Of a DNA stretch of 45,863 nucleotides, positions 34,199 to 43,844 are shown piece by piece. The translations under genes and the position numbers were made by a program. The stretch is from contig CALVHP010000169.1 of assembly GCA_944328405.1 (NCBI GenBank), forward strand, positions 1 to 45,863, given 5' to 3'. This stretch comes from an uncultured Clostridia bacterium (GTDB lineage: Bacteria > Bacillota > Clostridia > Christensenellales > Borkfalkiaceae). The notes under the pieces were generated by a model. That model worked only from the letters and a program-made list of their open reading frames with translations. It was not told the DNA's origin and made no database searches. The first letter of the stretch is position 1; every line of letters starts with the position of its first letter.

Positions 34199-37100
34199 TC
34201 AGCTCAAACTGATGCGGTCGCTGACGGAGCGGACAAACAGGGCCCGTTCGACACCGAGCGAAACGCACTCGCCCACAAACGCGGCAAACCGGTCGCTGGG
34301 CCGCGACACTTTCAGTTCCGCGCAGACGAGGCTCAAAAGCTCGTCCATATACAGGCTGACTTTGTTTTCCAGAAGGCCTTTGATGAGCGCGATCATTTCG
34401 TACGGGGTGAAGTCCTCTTCCGAACGGCGGATCGGTTCGGCTTCGACGCGGTAAAAATCGCATTCGAGGCATTTGTCCGTCTTACGCAGGTAGGTACGCC
34501 CGCACAGTTCTTCGCCCTTGAGGTCGCACAGGCCGATCAGGCCCTTCATGCGCTCTTCGACCTTGCTGCCGTATTTCTGGATCCCCAGCGAAGACAGGCA
34601 GCGCTTCATCAAAAACTGCACGCTCAGCGGCTCTTCGGCGGAAGAGATCGCTTTCAGCCGGGCGGCGATCTCCGCGTCGTTTTCCCCGCCGGTGACGTAT
34701 TGCGAGAGGTACTGCCGCTGTTCCAGCTTGGCATAGCGGTAATTTTTGCGGTATTTGGCGAGATGGTCGCGCCCGCCTTTTTCCACGCCCGTCAGCCGGT
34801 CGAGCACGTCCTTGATCTTCTTGATCTCGCGTTTCGGGTTGTTGATGAAGTTGATCGTAAACAGGCGCACCACGTTCCAGTTGTTGAGCTTGAGCGTCTG
34901 GATCTGCAGGATGCAGCGGTCCTTGGCGCAGGAATGCGAAGCCGTGATCCCGTCGCACATGATCGCCAGGATGAACCGCTTCTTGTTTTTGGGATCGACG
35001 ACGGCGCAGTCGATCTTGAATTCGGAAATGCCGACGTCGTAACGGCATTCGTAGCCGTAGGTGCGCAGTTCGGCCGCGATGTATTTGCCGATGCCGCTCC
35101 TGGCCGTTTTCAGCTCTTCCGAATTGATGGCGAGCGTCGTCTTGCCGCGTTCGGCGAATTCGAGAAAGGCTTTCAGCCCCGCCACGCCCTTGCTGTTGGT
35201 CTTGGCCAGGTTGATCATGGCGGACGTCATCGAAGAAAAGACGACCATCTCTTCGCGGGCGCGCGACACCGCGACGTTCAGGCGCCGCCAGCCGCCGATC
35301 TGGTTGAGCGGCCCGAAGTTCAGAGAAACTCTCCCCGATCGGTCTGGCCCGTAACAGACGGAGAACAAAATCACGTCGCGCTCGTCGCCCTGTACGTTTT
35401 CCAGGTTTTTGATGAACAGAGGCTCCTCGCGCTCGTAGGCGGCGTCTTCGAGGTGGTTTTTTGCCAGCGCGTCCGTCAGGCGGCGCTCGATATAATCCTG
35501 CTGCGCCGTGCTGAACGTGACGATGCCGATGCTCGAAGAGGCCAGCTTCGGGTCTTTCAGGCGGCGGATCACTTCGGCCACCAGCGCTTCGGCCTCCGCC
35601 TTGTTGCGCTTGGTAAAGCCGCGGTCGTACACGCCGTCTTCCACCAAAGCCAGCCGCACCTTGCTTTCCAGCGCGTCCGGCGAAGGGAAGGTGCACAGCT
35701 TGTTGCCGTAATACATCACGTTGGAAAAGGCGATCAGGCTTTCGTGCTTGCTGCGGTAATGCCAGTTCAGGTGTTTTTCGGGGATACTCAGCGCCAGGCA
35801 GTCGTCGAGGATGCTTTCCAGATCCTCTGTGTCGAGGTTCTCTTCGTCGACATACCCCGAACTGAAAAAGGAGGTCGGGGGCAGCTGTTTGGGGTCGCCC
35901 ACGATGACCGCGCTGCGGGCGCGGGCGAGCGCGCCGACCGCCTCGCTGGTCGGAAGCTGCGACGCCTCATCGAAGATGACCAGGTCAAAGAGGTCCGGAT
36001 CCGGCTGCAGATACTGCGCCACGGTGACGGGGCTCATCAGCACGCACGGCGCCAGGCGCGCAAAGAGGTTGGGGATCTCTTTGAGCAGTTCCTTGAACGT
36101 CATGCCGCGCATGTTGCTCTTGAAAATGCGCTGGAACGCCAGCACCTCGAGGCTGATGCTCCCCTCCGTCGATGTCGTGGGAAGGTCGGCGATCAGCTTG
36201 CCGCGGATATGCTCGCGCGAAAGTTTGCAGAACTGTTCGTCCAGCCCGCGGAACAACTCGATCTTCTCTTCCAGAACGGAGGCCGAAAATTTGGAGAGAA
36301 CGGGATCCGTTCCAATGTTGGTCTCGATGAAATTGCGGTAGACGTTCTTCCGGAAACTGTCGAGGATATTGTCCGAATTGATCGCGCCGGATTCCAGCGA
36401 ATCGGTGATAAAGTTGAGTCCTTCGGCGTTGAGCTGGGCCGAGATCTTTTTGAAGAGGCACCACGCCGCGAGCATGTCGATGTTGTCGATGAGGGCCGCG
36501 GCCTTGCCGTTGAAGTAATCCAAAAGATCTTCGTCGTAATACTTTTCCGCGTCGGCGCGGATGACGTCGCAGAACTTGGCGAGGCTGGAACGGAACCCGT
36601 CGATGGACTGCATCAGCCCGTCCAGCACGGGCAGCGCATACCCGCCCGCCGTCGAGCGCACGCACACGCTGTTGAAACTGTCGGCATTGTAGTCCATGAA
36701 TACGCCTTCCGCCAGCGCATGGAGCTGTTTGAGCTTTTCCATGAACTCGTCGCGGCGGCGGAAATTGATCTTCCCGCCGCGGTCGGTAAAGTTGAGGGCC
36801 AGTTTCGTGTTGCCCTTCACCTGTTGCAGATCTTCGTAGATCTGCGCGACGATCCCGACGTATTTGAACTCTTCGTCGGGGGCGAGGCGGTCGACGGCGT
36901 TTTTGCGCAGCCGCTTCGCCACCGCCGACAGGACCTTCGAACTGCGGAAATTTTCACCCCAGTTGTCCAGTTCCTGTTCGATGACGGCCGGTTCCACGTC
37001 GATCTCGACGAGATTTTTGAACCGTTTGAAGTAGTTGCCGAGCAGGCGGTCCAGACGGCGGTTGGCGTTGAAAAAGACGTAAAATTCGCTCTCGTCGCAG

Positions 37101-39871
37101 CAGAAATACTTGTCCGTTTCGCCGCTGCGCAGCATTTCGATCAGCTGCACGAGCGTCTGCATCTTTTTCTGCGTGAACGAACTGATCCTCTGACAGTAGA
37201 AATCGAGGAACAGGCTCAGATAATTTTTCAGATGTTTGATCTCGGCCAGGAGCACTTCCGCCGAATAATATACGCGGTTGCGCACGTCGGAGTCATACTC
37301 GTCGAGATTGACGTTGTCAAAAGGCGTATGGTACACGCCGCCGCACTGCCTGGCCGCCGCCGAAACTTCCACGAGCATGCTCTCGTAGCGCTCCAGCTTT
37401 TCTTTGGTCAGGCTGTCGTAAAAGGTGCTTTCGATGTCCAGCACGTCGGGGGCGTTCTTGTTTTTGAGATAGATCAGGATCCCCTCGTAGACCGAAACGC
37501 CGAGGCGGCGTTTTTTGTGGAGCGCCGCGATCGGTTCGTTGAGCGCGCGGCGCACCTCGTCGATCTGATCGTTCTTGGACGCGAACGAGGGGTCTTCCGG
37601 CTCCGCCGCCAGCGTCAGCGTCGATTCCAGCGTTTTCAGGATCTGCGACTTGTCCGTCTTGTTGGAATGCAGCTCCAGGCAGAAATCGCCGATGCCGATG
37701 GAGTCGAGGCGCTTTTTCACGACCGACAGCGCCGCCTGCTTTTCCGCCACGAACAGCACGCGTTTGCCGCGGCAGAGGCAGTTGGCGATGATGTTGGTGA
37801 TCGTCTGGCTCTTGCCCGTTCCGGGCGGGCCGTGCAGCACAAAGGTCGCCCCGCTGACCGCCTCGGCAATGGCCGCGAACTGCGAACCGTCCGCCGTGAG
37901 CGGCAGCAAGATCTCCGACGGGGCGTAATCGTCCTCGGCCTTGTCCTCAAACACGTTGTTCTGGATCTCCAGGCGGTTTTCGAGCAGCGAGCGGACGAGC
38001 GCGTTTTTGCGGAATTTATCGATGTTGCGGCGCACGTCGTTCCACATGGCGTAGCGCGCGAAGGAAAAATTCGCCAGGTATATCTCTTCGAGCACGTCCC
38101 AGCGCTTCATGTTCAGGATCTCCATCTTCACCATGGCGAGGATCTCGGAGATCTTGATGCCGCCGGCGATGTTGTCCAGCCCGCGGATGTCGATCTTGAA
38201 TTCGCGCAGCAAGAATTCGAGGAGGGTGCTGTTGATCTGCATCTCCTCTTCCGAAAAACAGAGAGAATACCCCTTCCCGCCGCGGCTGCGGATGATCTTG
38301 ACGGGGCAAAGCACGAGCGGCGCGTATTTGGCTTCGCTGCCCTCGGCTTCGTACCATTTCAAAAAGCCGAACGCGAGGAACAGCACGTTCGCGCCCGCCT
38401 CTTCTTCGGCCGTTTTGGCCTTTTTGCTGAGAAAACGGAGAACGTCTTCGATCTCCTTCTTTTCGGAAAAGGTGCGCAGGCGATGGTTTTTCAGTTCGAC
38501 GGCGAGCAGTTCGGAAAGGGCCGAATAAGCCGACGCCCCGGGAAAGTACGACTGATCGGGCGCCGCGCCGCGCATGTCTGCCGTGCTCTCCAGCAATAAA
38601 AACTCTTCCCCCGTCGAAAGCTGTTCGTACATCTCGTTGACGCCCGCGGAGATGATGTGCAGCGCGTTTTTGTCCGGACGGAAATTGAGGAGAGCGTTTT
38701 TCAGGGAAAGGTCGAGAAGACGGCGCTCCCACTGTTTGTTTTTGGTGGCTTTGCCGTCTACGCTGAGTTTGTGCGTGCCGGCGATCATTTCGGGGGCGGC
38801 GTCGAGATCGGTCTCGCTCTCGCCGAGCAGTTCGTAGCCCTGGATCCCCTTGACTTTGAGCGGCAGCGGGTGGATGCGCGCCAGGCGGCAGCGCTTGACG
38901 TCGACCACCGTATCGAACCAGCCGTTCCCGAGCTTCTGCGCAAAGTGCTTTTCCGCCGCCGTATAGTTGACGTTGTGCCCCGCGAACACGTCTTCGGTGT
39001 CGAACATGCTGACGTTGTTGATGCCGCCGGCAATGTATTTTTGCAGAAGCACGACGTCGTCGCTCACGCTCTCCGAAAAGCAGTTGTCGTACAGCCAGGC
39101 GCCGCACGCCACGCTCTTTTCGCCCACCGCCAGCACGGGGTGCAGCCCCGCGCATTCGAGGCAGGAAGCCAGAAACAGCGCCAGTTCGAACGACGTACCC
39201 ACCTTGTTTTTGAGGATCTTGGTGATGTCGCCCACCGGCATCGGCTCGCCGTAATGGAATTCCGCCGCCGATTTTTCGATGGATTGTTTTTTGATGACGG
39301 CAAAGATTGCGGCGCAGATCTGGCGGATCTTATTTTTGTCCCCTTCTTTATAGCCCGCCCATTCGCAGGCCAGATTCCACTTTTTCAGCTGTTCGCGCGC
39401 CTCGCTCAGTACGCGCAGGCAGTCCGCCACCTTCGGACGGACGAAGGCGGGCAGCAGCTCGGTGTTGCCGTTCCTCCCGCTCCAGTAATCGAAGGGCAGC
39501 ACCGTCACTTCCGCCGAGCATTCGGCGACGACGTCTTTGCCGTGCAGCACGCGCACGCGCACCGTGCAGACGGTGACCGCGGAAAGTTCGGTCAGGTACA
39601 GGGGGGAAACGATGTTCGGCGCCGCGATCTCGACGGCGCTCTCAAACGGGACCTCGTCAAAATGCTTGGAAAACGGCAATAAAAAACCGTCGCCGTTTTC
39701 AATGACGACGTCGATGTTTTCGGCCGATTCGGAACCGGCGTTCGACAGTTGCAGCGACGTGAACAGCGGCACGCGGTTGTAATACTCGGCGTAGCCGTAG
39801 TATTGCTGTGACCGCGCGCTGACCGAAACACATTCTTTGAGCGTCGCTTTGACCGATTTTTTCCCCGCCAT
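34199..39871 (-). CDS. 1890-aa DUF4011/SF1 (Upf1/Dna2-like) helicase with Vsr/REase-like and DUF3320-like C-terminal domains
   Basis: WERRLLDLSLKNALLNF (DUF4011), GPPGTGKSQTI, FVAEKQAAL, MSPVTVAQYL, DEASQ, GDPKQLPPT, HYRS, NLENVQGDERD, RRLNVAVSRAR; SD AGGAGG. Confidence 0.9.
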   Translation of the reverse strand: MAGKKSVKATLKECVSVSARSQQYYGYAEYYNRVPLFTSLQLSNAGSESAENIDVVIENGDGFLLPFSKHFDEVPFESAVEIAAPNIVSPLYLTELSAVTVCTVRVRVLHGKDVVAECSAEVTVLPFDYWSGRNGNTELLPAFVRPKVADCLRVLSEAREQLKKWNLACEWAGYKEGDKNKIRQICAAIFAVIKKQSIEKSAAEFHYGEPMPVGDITKILKNKVGTSFELALFLASCLECAGLHPVLAVGEKSVACGAWLYDNCFSESVSDDVVLLQKYIAGGINNVSMFDTEDVFAGHNVNYTAAEKHFAQKLGNGWFDTVVDVKRCRLARIHPLPLKVKGIQGYELLGESETDLDAAPEMIAGTHKLSVDGKATKNKQWERRLLDLSLKNALLNFRPDKNALHIISAGVNEMYEQLSTGEEFLLLESTADMRGAAPDQSYFPGASAYSALSELLAVELKNHRLRTFSEKKEIEDVLRFLSKKAKTAEEEAGANVLFLAFGFLKWYEAEGSEAKYAPLVLCPVKIIRSRGGKGYSLCFSEEEMQINSTLLEFLLREFKIDIRGLDNIAGGIKISEILAMVKMEILNMKRWDVLEEIYLANFSFARYAMWNDVRRNIDKFRKNALVRSLLENRLEIQNNVFEDKAEDDYAPSEILLPLTADGSQFAAIAEAVSGATFVLHGPPGTGKSQTITNIIANCLCRGKRVLFVAEKQAALSVVKKRLDSIGIGDFCLELHSNKTDKSQILKTLESTLTLAAEPEDPSFASKNDQIDEVRRALNEPIAALHKKRRLGVSVYEGILIYLKNKNAPDVLDIESTFYDSLTKEKLERYESMLVEVSAAARQCGGVYHTPFDNVNLDEYDSDVRNRVYYSAEVLLAEIKHLKNYLSLFLDFYCQRISSFTQKKMQTLVQLIEMLRSGETDKYFCCDESEFYVFFNANRRLDRLLGNYFKRFKNLVEIDVEPAVIEQELDNWGENFRSSKVLSAVAKRLRKNAVDRLAPDEEFKYVGIVAQIYEDLQQVKGNTKLALNFTDRGGKINFRRRDEFMEKLKQLHALAEGVFMDYNADSFNSVCVRSTAGGYALPVLDGLMQSIDGFRSSLAKFCDVIRADAEKYYDEDLLDYFNGKAAALIDNIDMLAAWCLFKKISAQLNAEGLNFITDSLESGAINSDNILDSFRKNVYRNFIETNIGTDPVLSKFSASVLEEKIELFRGLDEQFCKLSREHIRGKLIADLPTTSTEGSISLEVLAFQRIFKSNMRGMTFKELLKEIPNLFARLAPCVLMSPVTVAQYLQPDPDLFDLVIFDEASQLPTSEAVGALARARSAVIVGDPKQLPPTSFFSSGYVDEENLDTEDLESILDDCLALSIPEKHLNWHYRSKHESLIAFSNVMYYGNKLCTFPSPDALESKVRLALVEDGVYDRGFTKRNKAEAEALVAEVIRRLKDPKLASSSIGIVTFSTAQQDYIERRLTDALAKNHLEDAAYEREEPLFIKNLENVQGDERDVILFSVCYGPDRSGRVSLNFGPLNQIGGWRRLNVAVSRAREEMVVFSSMTSAMINLAKTNSKGVAGLKAFLEFAERGKTTLAINSEELKTARSGIGKYIAAELRTYGYECRYDVGISEFKIDCAVVDPKNKKRFILAIMCDGITASHSCAKDRCILQIQTLKLNNWNVVRLFTINFINNPKREIKKIKDVLDRLTGVEKGGRDHLAKYRKNYRYAKLEQRQYLSQYVTGGENDAEIAARLKAISSAEEPLSVQFLMKRCLSSLGIQKYGSKVEERMKGLIGLCDLKGEELCGRTYLRKTDKCLECDFYRVEAEPIRRSEEDFTPYEMIALIKGLLENKVSLYMDELLSLVCAELKVSRPSDRFAAFVGECVSLGVERALFVRSVSDRISLS

Positions 39872-39951
39872 ACATTCCTCCTCTCACCCCGAAAGCGAGC
39901 ACATCGCGGCGCGCCTCTGCCGCTTTCGATCCGTTGTTCTGATTCCCCTTC

Positions 39952-39980
39952 ATTATACTACAAACGGAACGTTTTAGCAA
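39952..39980 (-). promoter_or_regulatory. SigA promoter of the DUF4011 helicase run
   Basis: Minus strand TTGCTA-17 nt-TATAAT; the 5' UTR has a cgaaagcg...cgctttcg stem before the SD. Confidence 0.7.
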
Positions 39981-40089
39981 GCGCGCAAGGCAAATTTTTC
40001 CGCCGGCGAAAGCGCCCGGAATCCGGATCCGGCACGGCGCATTTATTTATTGCCTGCGGCGGCGAAAGACATACAAAAAGAGCCGCTTT

Positions 40090-40773
40090 TTACGGCTCTT
40101 CGTCGATGATGCGCAGGATTTCCGCATAGGAACGCGCTTCGCGGGCGGGCGGCGCGCCGCACCCCGTTTTCCCCGAAGGATTGTACCAGATGCAGGCGAC
40201 GCCCGCATTGTTCGCCCCGGCGACGTCGGACGTGAGCGAATCGCCGATCACGAGGCATTCGCATCTCCGCAGGTTTTCGGCCCGCAGCACCGCCTCAAAA
40301 AAGCGCGCGTCCGGCTTGGCAAAACCGATCTCGTCGGAAACGTAGATCCCGTCGAAGCGATCGCGGATGCCCAGGGCGTCCAGCCGGCCGTATTGGGCGG
40401 CGGGAGTGCCGTTCGTGATGAGAAACACCGGGCCGCGCTCTTTCAGCGCCTGCAAAAATTCCGCCGCCCCGTCCAACAGATAGCCGTGGCGGCAGATCGC
40501 CCCGAAATACAGGCGGTTGGCCTCGTCGGGGTCGGCCTGCACGCGCAGAGACGCAAAAAAGCGGGAAAAACGCGCGCGCATCAGCGCCGGCTTCGTGATG
40601 GCGCCGCGCTCGTACTCCTTCCATACGGCGTCGTTGATGCGCTTGTACTGCGCATAGATCTCGTCGCTGTACGGCAGCCCCAGTTCCGCCATGGCCTCGC
40701 GAAGGCTCTCGCGCGACGAACGGACAAAATCCAGGATCGTTTCGTCTGCATCCAGCAAAAAATGATTCCGCAC
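40090..40773 (-). CDS. HAD-superfamily nucleotidase (YjjG-like)
   Basis: LLDADETILDF, ITNG, SDEIGFAKPD, IGDSLTSDVAGANNAG; GTG start 3 nt after the HelD-like stop. Confidence 0.88.
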   Translation of the reverse strand: MRNHFLLDADETILDFVRSSRESLREAMAELGLPYSDEIYAQYKRINDAVWKEYERGAITKPALMRARFSRFFASLRVQADPDEANRLYFGAICRHGYLLDGAAEFLQALKERGPVFLITNGTPAAQYGRLDALGIRDRFDGIYVSDEIGFAKPDARFFEAVLRAENLRRCECLVIGDSLTSDVAGANNAGVACIWYNPSGKTGCGAPPAREARSYAEILRIIDEEP

Positions 40774-40776
40774 GGT

Positions 40777-43161
40777 TCAAGTCCCCTTTTCTTCCACGAT
40801 CGCCAGCTCTTTCAGGGCGCGCGTGTAAGCGATGTATTTTTCGTGGTCGGTCATGCGCGCGTCCGCGACGGCCACGCAGGAAAACTCCAGACCCTTCGAC
40901 TCGTAAACCGTCATCAGATTGATCTTCTTTTTGGAAAGCCTGCCGCTGTCGCTCAATACGTTGTAGCTCTTGCGGCGGTATTTTTCCAAATCGCGTTCGG
41001 AGACGATGACGGCCTTCAATCCCTTTTTGTCGCGGAAAAAGCCGCTGATGCCGCGCACGCCGACGCGCACGATCGGCGGCCCGTCAAACCCGATGGACTG
41101 CATCGGGATGTGCAGCTTCCGGGCCACGAATTCGACGATCTGGTTGGTGTTGCGGTAATTCTGGTCGAGGCAATACACCGGGCCGCTCTGCACGCTCGAC
41201 CAGTCGGTCAGGCCGCGGTAACGGGTGATGTTCTGCGCCAGATCGCCGTAAATGTTAAAGGACGCGTCCGGATTGATGCGGTGCAGCAGCCTGTATTCGC
41301 TGACGGAGATATCCTGCCCTTCGTCGATGAACACCAGCCCGTAGCGCGGTTCGAGCTTCCTGCCCAGGAGGGAAGAAAGAAAACAGAGCACGAAGGCGTC
41401 GCACCGCACGAGGCCTTTCCCCATCCCCAGCCGGTTTTTGACCTTGCGAACGATCTCTTTGTAAAACAGGCGCAGCAGCTGCACGGTGTTTTCACACCGG
41501 CCGACGCGCACAAAATATTCGTTCCCGCACAATGTTTCGAACAGCTCGCAGAATCCGGCGAAGCGCTCTTCCACGAACGCGACGCGCGCGCGGATCTGCC
41601 CGATCTCGCGCAGCAGTTCGCCCCGCCGCGCGATGCGGTCGGCGTACGTTTCGATCTCTTCTCCGCCGCGGTAGATTTTATAGCGCCGCAGGTCGACGAT
41701 CTCTTTTTCCACCGTCTCTTTCAGCGCGTCGAGATCGCGCAGGGCGCCGCCGCAGACGCGCTCGTGATTTTTCTGGATAAAGGCCGCCGCGCGGTAAAAC
41801 GAGAGAACGCCGCGGCAGAAAGCGCTCCGGTCCGCGGCATTCGCCCCGCCGCGCCCCCCGGAAAGGAATTCTTCGGCGGCGGTCACTTCGTTCATCAGTT
41901 CGCGGTACGGCTTGGTATAATACAGCCCGCCCTCCGGTTTTTCTTTGATCTCCCCGAGCACGGCGCGCCGGACGCGCACGCTGGCGTTGCGGATCTCGGC
42001 AAACGCCTCCGCCTGAGCGCGGCAGTTTTCCGCCGCGGCGGCGATGCTTTCTCTGCATTCCGGGCTCGTGAACATCCCCGCGATCCCGTCGAAGATCGAA
42101 GCGACCTTTTTTTCCGCATCGAGATAAAAGCGTTCCGAGTAAACATACTCCCGGTATTTGGGAGCGGCGGCGGAGAAATCGATCTTTTCTCCGGCGTCCA
42201 GCCCCTCGTTGCGCAGCAACTGCAAAAAGTAGTCGTCGATGGTCGTCGTGCGGACTTTTTCCAGTTCGAGCACCTGCGACAGTTCGTCGATGAACGCGTT
42301 GAACGAATTGCTCGGCGTAATGACGAGCACGTCGCGCGGCTTGAGGTTTTCGTTGTTGTACATCAGAAAACTCAGGCGGTGCAGCATGATCATCGTCTTG
42401 CCGCTGCCGGCGCAGCCCTGCAGGACGAAACTTTCCCGTTCGGGCTTGGTGATGATCTCGTACTGTTTTTCCTGAATGGTTTCGATGATGTCCGAAATTT
42501 CCAGGCTCTCTTTGCGCGCACGCAGGATCTCTTTCAGATACGGATCGAAGATGATCTCTTCGTCCCGCCCGGCGATCTCTTCCCGGGTGAGATAGTCTCG
42601 CAGGCTGAGATATTCGTTTTTGAAGTCGATGAACTTCCCGTTGGCCGTGCGCAGGGCGCGGCGCAGGATCAGCTTGTAATTGTATTCGTTGATCGAAAAC
42701 AGGATCTGGCTCTTCTGGTAATACTTCCTTGCGAGCGGCGCGCGCCAGTCGACGATCTCCAGCTGCAGATCGCCCTTCTTGCCGATGTAATAGCTGTTGT
42801 ACCCTTCCTTGTCGTCGATCAGATCCATCCGCGCGAAATACGGCTCGGCAAAGAACCCGCGGTAGCTCTCGATCTCGGCGCGCCAGGCGCGGATCTCGGC
42901 GTTGCGCTCGATGATCGTGCGGTAATTTTCGGCCGAAAAATCGCCTTCGCGCAGGCCTGCGATCTCCTCCTGCGCCGTTCTGATCTTCAATTTGAGTTTG
43001 TTGATGTAGCAGATTTTTAGAAGGGTCATGACAGCCCTGACGTGCGCATCCTCGCACGCCCGCTGTTTTTCTTCGTCCAAAAGATCCAGATAAAACTGTT
43101 TGTCCGGTTCTTTATGGCTTTTGACCAATTCGAAAGCCTCTTCCCTTGTCAGCTCAGCCAT
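40777..43161 (-). CDS. HelD-like SF1 ATPase (RNA polymerase recycling motor family)
   Basis: PYFARMD, YYIGK, IVDWRAP, DIIETIQEKQYEII, QGCAGSGKT..LHRLSFL, IDEGQD, GDLAQ, NYRNT, SKGLEF, AYTRAL. Confidence 0.85.
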   Translation of the reverse strand: MAELTREEAFELVKSHKEPDKQFYLDLLDEEKQRACEDAHVRAVMTLLKICYINKLKLKIRTAQEEIAGLREGDFSAENYRTIIERNAEIRAWRAEIESYRGFFAEPYFARMDLIDDKEGYNSYYIGKKGDLQLEIVDWRAPLARKYYQKSQILFSINEYNYKLILRRALRTANGKFIDFKNEYLSLRDYLTREEIAGRDEEIIFDPYLKEILRARKESLEISDIIETIQEKQYEIITKPERESFVLQGCAGSGKTMIMLHRLSFLMYNNENLKPRDVLVITPSNSFNAFIDELSQVLELEKVRTTTIDDYFLQLLRNEGLDAGEKIDFSAAAPKYREYVYSERFYLDAEKKVASIFDGIAGMFTSPECRESIAAAAENCRAQAEAFAEIRNASVRVRRAVLGEIKEKPEGGLYYTKPYRELMNEVTAAEEFLSGGRGGANAADRSAFCRGVLSFYRAAAFIQKNHERVCGGALRDLDALKETVEKEIVDLRRYKIYRGGEEIETYADRIARRGELLREIGQIRARVAFVEERFAGFCELFETLCGNEYFVRVGRCENTVQLLRLFYKEIVRKVKNRLGMGKGLVRCDAFVLCFLSSLLGRKLEPRYGLVFIDEGQDISVSEYRLLHRINPDASFNIYGDLAQNITRYRGLTDWSSVQSGPVYCLDQNYRNTNQIVEFVARKLHIPMQSIGFDGPPIVRVGVRGISGFFRDKKGLKAVIVSERDLEKYRRKSYNVLSDSGRLSKKKINLMTVYESKGLEFSCVAVADARMTDHEKYIAYTRALKELAIVEEKGT

Positions 43162-43210
43162 GATCCACCCTTATCGCCCGGCGCAGAGTCAAAAACGCCG
43201 TTATTATATT

Positions 43211-43239
43211 AGTATAACACACACCGACGAAAAAAGAAA
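43211..43239 (-). promoter_or_regulatory. Putative SigA promoter of the HelD-like gene
   Basis: Minus strand TTTCTT-17 nt-TATACT with extended TG. Confidence 0.5.
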
Positions 43240-43269
43240 TACCTTTGCGAAATTTTCGCAAAGGTATTT
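43237..43269. repeat. 33-bp palindrome (terminator and/or operator)
   Basis: aaatacctttgcgaaa-t-tttcgcaaaggtattt. Confidence 0.7.
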
Positions 43270-43290
43270 TTGCAAAACGTCTTTTCCGCC

Positions 43291-43776
43291 TCAGCGGCGG
43301 AACCAGGCGTCCGCCTCCTCCCGCGAATGAAAGATCCGGACTTCGCGCCCGGCGCCGCCGGACTCCAGCATCGCATAAATCTGCGGAAGCTGTTCGGCGG
43401 AAAAAGTTTCGATCCACCGGCGGAACTCCGGATCGAAGGACTCTTCCACCCAGGGAAGGTCTTCCCGCGGCCTGCCGACGCGCTCCGCCGCACCGGCAAG
43501 GCACACCTCGGTCGGGTAATCCAGCAAAAAGACCGTATCGCACGCCTTCAGCCGCATCGGCAGCGTGCGGATGTAATTTCCGTCGACGATCCAGCGCTCC
43601 GTGGCCAGGATCGCGCACAGGCGCGCGTCAAACTCTTCCCGCGGCGCCGTCGTGCGGTCCGGCCGATGCCAGATCGCGTCGAGGTAGTACAGCGGCAGCC
43701 CCGTCGCATCGCGCAATCGCCGCGCGAACGTACTTTTCCCCGCGCCCGGGCAGCCGATCACGATCGCTCTTTCCAT
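43291..43776 (-). CDS. P-loop NMP-kinase-fold protein (FlaR/topology-modulation, adenylate-kinase-like)
   Basis: MERAIVIGCPGAGKSTFARRL, YLDAIWH, WIVDGNY, DTVFLLDYP; SD GGGAG. Confidence 0.85.
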   Translation of the reverse strand: MERAIVIGCPGAGKSTFARRLRDATGLPLYYLDAIWHRPDRTTAPREEFDARLCAILATERWIVDGNYIRTLPMRLKACDTVFLLDYPTEVCLAGAAERVGRPREDLPWVEESFDPEFRRWIETFSAEQLPQIYAMLESGGAGREVRIFHSREEADAWFRR

Positions 43777-43844
43777 GCGTTTTTCATCTCCCGGCGCCCG
43801 TCCGCACTTGCCCGTGCGCGGGGCGAAAAAACCTGCCTGCCGGT

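Noticed and set aside
34700-38599. 1299-aa plus-strand ORF
   Set aside because: Antisense shadow of the DUF4011 helicase; no recognisable motifs; expected from the strong GC3 bias.
40393-43020. 875-aa plus-strand ORF (likewise 18463-20490, 31389-33524, 14451-16268, 10606-12219)
   Set aside because: Each lies opposite a confidently identified gene and has no family motifs.
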